From the NCBI GenBank assembly GCA_965203305.1, contig OZ241874.1:2865687-2929686 (forward strand): a DNA stretch of 64,000 nucleotides, written 5' to 3'. How positions within the stretch are numbered: position 1 is the stretch's first letter; the number at the start of each line of letters is the position of its first letter. This document shows, in pieces, positions 60,394 to 64,000 of the stretch. Source of the DNA: Rhodothermales bacterium. Its GTDB lineage: Bacteria; Bacteroidota; Rhodothermia; Rhodothermales; Bin80. Below the pieces are notes generated by a model, which was given only the letters and a program-made list of their open reading frames with translations, made no database searches and had not been told where the DNA came from. Position numbers and translations under genes: made by a program.

Positions 60394-61892
60394 GCACCGT
60401 GAACATCAAACGCAAAGACATCAAGACACTCGGAGACTTGCGCTCCTTTTCCTGGAAAGTGGAATCCGTAAAGGATGAGTTACGACGGAACCTGCTGGAA
60501 CGCCTTCGGAATGGAAAAGAAGTGTTTCCAGGAATTCTCGGCTATAACCAGAGTGTCATTCCGCAGCTCCAGAATGCGATTCTGAGCCGCCATGACATTC
60601 TCTTGCTCGGACTGCGAGGACAGGCAAAAAGCCGGATTCTGCGACTGATTCCCCTCCTCCTTGACGAATATATCCCTGTGGTCGCAGGCAGTGATCTCAA
60701 TGACAATCCTTTTGCTCCCCTGTCAAAATATGCATGTGATCTCATCGCCAGCGAAGGAGATGATACGCCCATCAACTGGCTTCACCGGAGCGAACGGTAC
60801 GCAGAAAAACTGGCAACGCCGGACACCTCTATTGCCGACCTGATAGGAGATATTGACCCCATAAAAGCAGCACACAATCGACTTACCTATGCAGATGAGG
60901 AGGTGATTCATTTTGGAATTATTCCGCGTACAAATCGCGGGGTATTCGCAATTAATGAACTCCCCGATCTGCAGGCACGAATACAGGTGGGACTGCTCAA
61001 TATTCTGGAAGAGCAGGATATCCAGATTCGGGGATTTAATGTCCGGTTTCCTCTGGACCTGATGATGGTATTCAGTGCCAACCCGGAAGACTACACCAAC
61101 CGGGGAAACATCATCACTCCACTGAAAGACCGTATCGACTGCCAGGTTCTGACCCACTACCCCAGAGACCTTGGTATTGCGATGGAGATCACGAACCAGG
61201 AAGCCTGGCAGAAGCGGGGAGAGATTCAGGTGTCCATTCCGCAGTTCATTCGACAGATCATTGAAGTCATTGCCTTTGAGGCCCGTGCGAGCGAGTATGT
61301 GGACCAGAAATCAGGAGTGTCTGCACGGATGACCCGCTCTGCACTTGAGATGCTGATTGCCAATGCCGAACGCAGAGCCGCCCTTTACGGAAAATCACGA
61401 GTATCGGTGAGAGTCAGTGATCTCTACTGTGTGGAGTCAGCCATCACTGGCAAACTGGAGCTGGTGTATGAAGGAGAACAGGAAGGACCACAAAAAGTGG
61501 CCCGCCTTCTCACTGGAAAAGCTGTCCGCAAAGTGTTTGCCGAGTATTTTCCAGATCCAAACCAGAAAGGAAAAGAGCGGGAAGCCTACAATGCAATACT
61601 GGACTGGTTCGCTAAAGGCAAGACTCTGACACTGGATCCTGAACTGTCTGATACCGAATTCAGGAAACAGCTGGCGGCTGTTTCCGGGCTAGACAAGTTG
61701 ATCAGCCGCCACCTCTCCGCCGCAGAAAAGCCCCCGGTAGCCAGGAAGGATGCCTGGATTCTCAAGGAATTCATCCTTGAGGGACTTCACCAGTCCTCCA
61801 TGCTCGGCAAGGACGAACAGACGTATTCCGACATGATGGGAAGCATGCTAGGCTCGCTGGATCTCGGGGAAGAGGAGGGCGACTTTGAATGA
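60390..61892 (+). CDS. ChlI/BchI-like (Mg-chelatase-type) AAA+ ATPase
   Basis: ILGYNQSVIPQLQNAILSRHDILLLGLRGQAKSR (degenerate P-loop typical of the family), VFAINELPDL, and LLNILEE..IQIRGF. Confidence 0.7.
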   Translation: MSTVNIKRKDIKTLGDLRSFSWKVESVKDELRRNLLERLRNGKEVFPGILGYNQSVIPQLQNAILSRHDILLLGLRGQAKSRILRLIPLLLDEYIPVVAGSDLNDNPFAPLSKYACDLIASEGDDTPINWLHRSERYAEKLATPDTSIADLIGDIDPIKAAHNRLTYADEEVIHFGIIPRTNRGVFAINELPDLQARIQVGLLNILEEQDIQIRGFNVRFPLDLMMVFSANPEDYTNRGNIITPLKDRIDCQVLTHYPRDLGIAMEITNQEAWQKRGEIQVSIPQFIRQIIEVIAFEARASEYVDQKSGVSARMTRSALEMLIANAERRAALYGKSRVSVRVSDLYCVESAITGKLELVYEGEQEGPQKVARLLTGKAVRKVFAEYFPDPNQKGKEREAYNAILDWFAKGKTLTLDPELSDTEFRKQLAAVSGLDKLISRHLSAAEKPPVARKDAWILKEFILEGLHQSSMLGKDEQTYSDMMGSMLGSLDLGEEEGDFE

Positions 61893-61962
61893 ATGCCATG
61901 CACATCCATGGAAAATGCAGCCTTGCCCCAGTCCTGTATTGTTTCTGTCACTTCAGATGAAC

Positions 61963-62256
61963 TCATTTTGGAACGATTCGACCGTCTGGGGTAATCCTCT
62001 CATTCTCCGCAGGCGGTCGCCTTGGAAACGCGGAAATGGGAACCCGAAGATCACGGTCCTTGGGGACATAATGTGAATGATCTCCATGCGGGATTTCGGC
62101 ATACTCACTGTCTCCAAAAGGATTCAGAACCCGCTGCATCACAAAGAACAGCAAAATGGCTGCCGTGATCAGACAAAATACACGAAACCACACCCGTCCT
62201 GAAGATACTTTTCTGGAATCTTGAGGAGCCTTTTCTGAGGAAAATGATGTCGTCAT
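61963..62256 (-). CDS. Small membrane-anchored protein with one histidine-triad (HxxHxH) motif
   Basis: TM helix FRVFCLITAAILLFFVM followed by IPHGDHSHYVPKDRDL, which resembles the HGDH(Y/F)HYIPK motif of streptococcal Pht zinc-binding proteins. Confidence 0.5.
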   Translation of the reverse strand: MTTSFSSEKAPQDSRKVSSGRVWFRVFCLITAAILLFFVMQRVLNPFGDSEYAEIPHGDHSHYVPKDRDLRVPISAFPRRPPAENERITPDGRIVPK

Positions 62257-62396
62257 CTTCTCACTTTGAATCTTTTGCTGATACGGACAGAAAACTGAAA
62301 CCACAGGAACACCCAAATGCCTTCATAGTTCCACAGCCATCTGTCCGGTGGTTTTCAGGCCGGTCCCTCAACCTTGACAAAAAAAAACGCTTGGCA

Positions 62397-64000
62397 ATGC
62401 GCCTCTTGTTCAGCCTGATTCTCCCCGTCTTCTTTTTAACTGCGCATGTTGCCCAAGCCCAGAATGCAGTTCTTCGGGGATTTGTCCGGGATGCCTCCGA
62501 CGGACAGCCCATGCAGAGTGTCAATGTGATTCTGACGAATGACGGAGATGCCTTCATTGGTGCTGCAACTGATCGAGACGGGTTTTTTGCGCTGAGCGGA
62601 ATCGTCCCAGGACGCTATTACCTGGTCGCTTCCTTCATTGGCTATATATCTCACCGGGACACACTGGATTTTGCCCCGAATGATATCAGGACGTACAACA
62701 TTGAACTGCCTCTCTCCGAGGACCTGCTGGATGAACTTGTTGTGGAATCGGAGCGGGAAGGCTCTGGGGTAGCCGGCATAACTGGCGGACTCCAGTCCAT
62801 TACTCCCCGCGAAATTGCCCTGATTCCCTCCCCTGACATTTCCGGCGACTTGGCCAGCTATCTGGCAACATTGCCGGGAGTGGTTGCCAGTGGAGACCAG
62901 GGTGGCCAGCTGTTTATCCGCGGAGGAGAACCGACGCAGAACCAGGTTCTTCTGGACGGCATGACCGTATTTCAGCCGTTTCACCTGATTGGATTCTACT
63001 CTGCGTTTCCGTCCAGTATCCTGAATGTCACGGATGTATATGCGGGCGGATTTGGTCCCCGGTATGGCGGGCGACTCTCGTCTGTCATTGATATTGCGAC
63101 ACGCAATGGAAACAAGCGGCGGTTTGCTGGAGAGATCTCTGCTGCCCCCTTTATCAGTGCAGCACTGCTGGAAGGCCCGATTGTTTCGGGGCGGGTTTCT
63201 GCGCTGGTCTCTGGCAGATTTTCGGTAATTGATCAAGGAGCATCCCGCATTCTTGACCGTCCGCTTCCCTATGACTTCAATGACCAGTTCTTCAAGCTGC
63301 ATGCTGACCTGTCCCAGAATAGCCAGGCATCCGTCAGTGGGATACGTTCCTATGACAGTGGCATTATCGGTACACTCAAAGACACTGATACCGAAGATAC
63401 CCGAAACACCGTAGAGTGGATCAGCCAGGCCTATGGAGCACGTTATATACTGCTTCCAACACGTATTCCTGTTCAGGCGGAACTCCTCCTGTCCTACTCC
63501 TCTGTGGAAAATACATTCGGGCAGTCCCAGGAACCTTCCCGAAGCTCCGGTTCCAGCGAAATCAACCTTTCTGCCAATGTGACCCACTATAACCAGCGAA
63601 TTGACATCTCATGGGGGCTTCTGGCACGTTTTGGCGAACTGAGCAGCGAGCTTGGCGGACTTTTTCAGAATGTGGCACAGGATACCGAGTTCATCAGCGA
63701 GGCCGGGGGGTATGTTCTCCTTGACCTGAAAGGACTTGAAGGATTGAGTTTTCAGCCGGGGGTTCGCATCTCATCCTTTCCAAGCAAGGGACGAAATTTT
63801 ATAGAACCCCGCGTGCGCATGATCTATAATCTGGGAATCCACCAGTTTAGTGTAGCTGGCGGAATTTATCACCAGGAAATCGTCGGACTGACGGATCGTC
63901 GCGATGCCGGCGATGTATTCACTGCCTGGACTACTTCCCCCTTCGGAAAAGTCCCCCGTGCAATTCACGGACTCGCTGGCTATCAGATTCGTCCTGCTTC
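62397..64000 (+). CDS. TonB-dependent receptor with N-terminal carboxypeptidase-regulatory-like domain (3' end outside the window)
   Basis: It is absent from the ORF track because it has no stop in the window. I translated it by hand and it is open from the ATG at 62397 to nt 64000. Signal peptide ..AHVAQAQ. CarboxypepD_reg pattern LRGFVRDASDGQPMQSVNVIL..TDRDGFFALSGIVPGRYYLVASFIGY. Plug domain LPGVVASGDQGGQLFIRGGEPTQNQVLLDGMTVFQPFH. Confidence 0.85.
   Translation, partial: MRLLFSLILPVFFLTAHVAQAQNAVLRGFVRDASDGQPMQSVNVILTNDGDAFIGAATDRDGFFALSGIVPGRYYLVASFIGYISHRDTLDFAPNDIRTYNIELPLSEDLLDELVVESEREGSGVAGITGGLQSITPREIALIPSPDISGDLASYLATLPGVVASGDQGGQLFIRGGEPTQNQVLLDGMTVFQPFHLIGFYSAFPSSILNVTDVYAGGFGPRYGGRLSSVIDIATRNGNKRRFAGEISAAPFISAALLEGPIVSGRVSALVSGRFSVIDQGASRILDRPLPYDFNDQFFKLHADLSQNSQASVSGIRSYDSGIIGTLKDTDTEDTRNTVEWISQAYGARYILLPTRIPVQAELLLSYSSVENTFGQSQEPSRSSGSSEINLSANVTHYNQRIDISWGLLARFGELSSELGGLFQNVAQDTEFISEAGGYVLLDLKGLEGLSFQPGVRISSFPSKGRNFIEPRVRMIYNLGIHQFSVAGGIYHQEIVGLTDRRDAGDVFTAWTTSPFGKVPRAIHGLAGYQIRPA

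Noticed and set aside
62379-62387. A9 tract 10 nt upstream of the TonB-dependent receptor ATG, considered as a phase-variation tract
   Set aside because: A-rich leaders directly upstream of start codons are a normal translation-initiation feature in Bacteroidota-like genomes. The tract is outside the coding frame and too close to the ATG to sit in promoter spacing.
62436-63587. 383-aa minus-strand ORF
   Set aside because: It is antisense to the TonB-dependent receptor frame, which is open to the window end and has clear CarboxypepD_reg and plug motifs.
1-64000. Scanned for CRISPR arrays, rRNA genes, additional tRNAs, integrases, reverse transcriptases (retron or DGR) and phage structural genes
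   Set aside because: I found no regularly spaced direct repeats and no second tRNA-like T-arm (GGTTCRAATCC occurs once). No ORF showed integrase, RT or capsid-like motifs.

Overview
This window looks like a chromosomal segment from an FCB-group bacterium (Bacteroidota / Rhodothermota / Balneolota-like). That placement is inferred from the gene content: SprA, a PorV/PorQ-family barrel, two cargo proteins with T9SS C-terminal domains, and DUF2480. About 85% of the window is ordinary housekeeping sequence: dnaX-ybaB-recR, lipB, rsfS, mltG, a cysteine desulfurase, tRNA-Glu, clpP-tig, ogt, purS, pssA-psd, mtaB, galK, htrA, and a TonB-dependent receptor that runs off the 3' end and is missing from the ORF track. 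The interesting parts are three patches of mobile DNA. (1) 5.4-13.1 kb is an accessory island. It holds a decaying type II restriction-modification locus, whose N6A methylase is frameshifted in an A7 tract while the endonuclease is intact, plus a truncated C5-methylase fragment. It also holds two MITEs, one carrying a second AT-rich MITE nested inside it, a broken DUF2335 gene, and a tnpB-only element. (2) 34.6-37.5 kb holds an EcoRI-family adenine methylase split by a 1.87-kb IS5/IS1182-like IS. The termini of this IS match those of the MITEs. (3) 39.0-40.4 kb holds a second, diverged tnpB-only element inserted into the last codons of the cysteine desulfurase gene. Both tnpB elements are bounded by 25-bp terminal inverted repeats and 8-bp target duplications. 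That is not what canonical IS200/IS605 biology predicts, and it is the best lead here. I found no CRISPR array, rRNA or prophage. All homology calls come from reading motifs by eye, with no database search, and I did not compute GC content.
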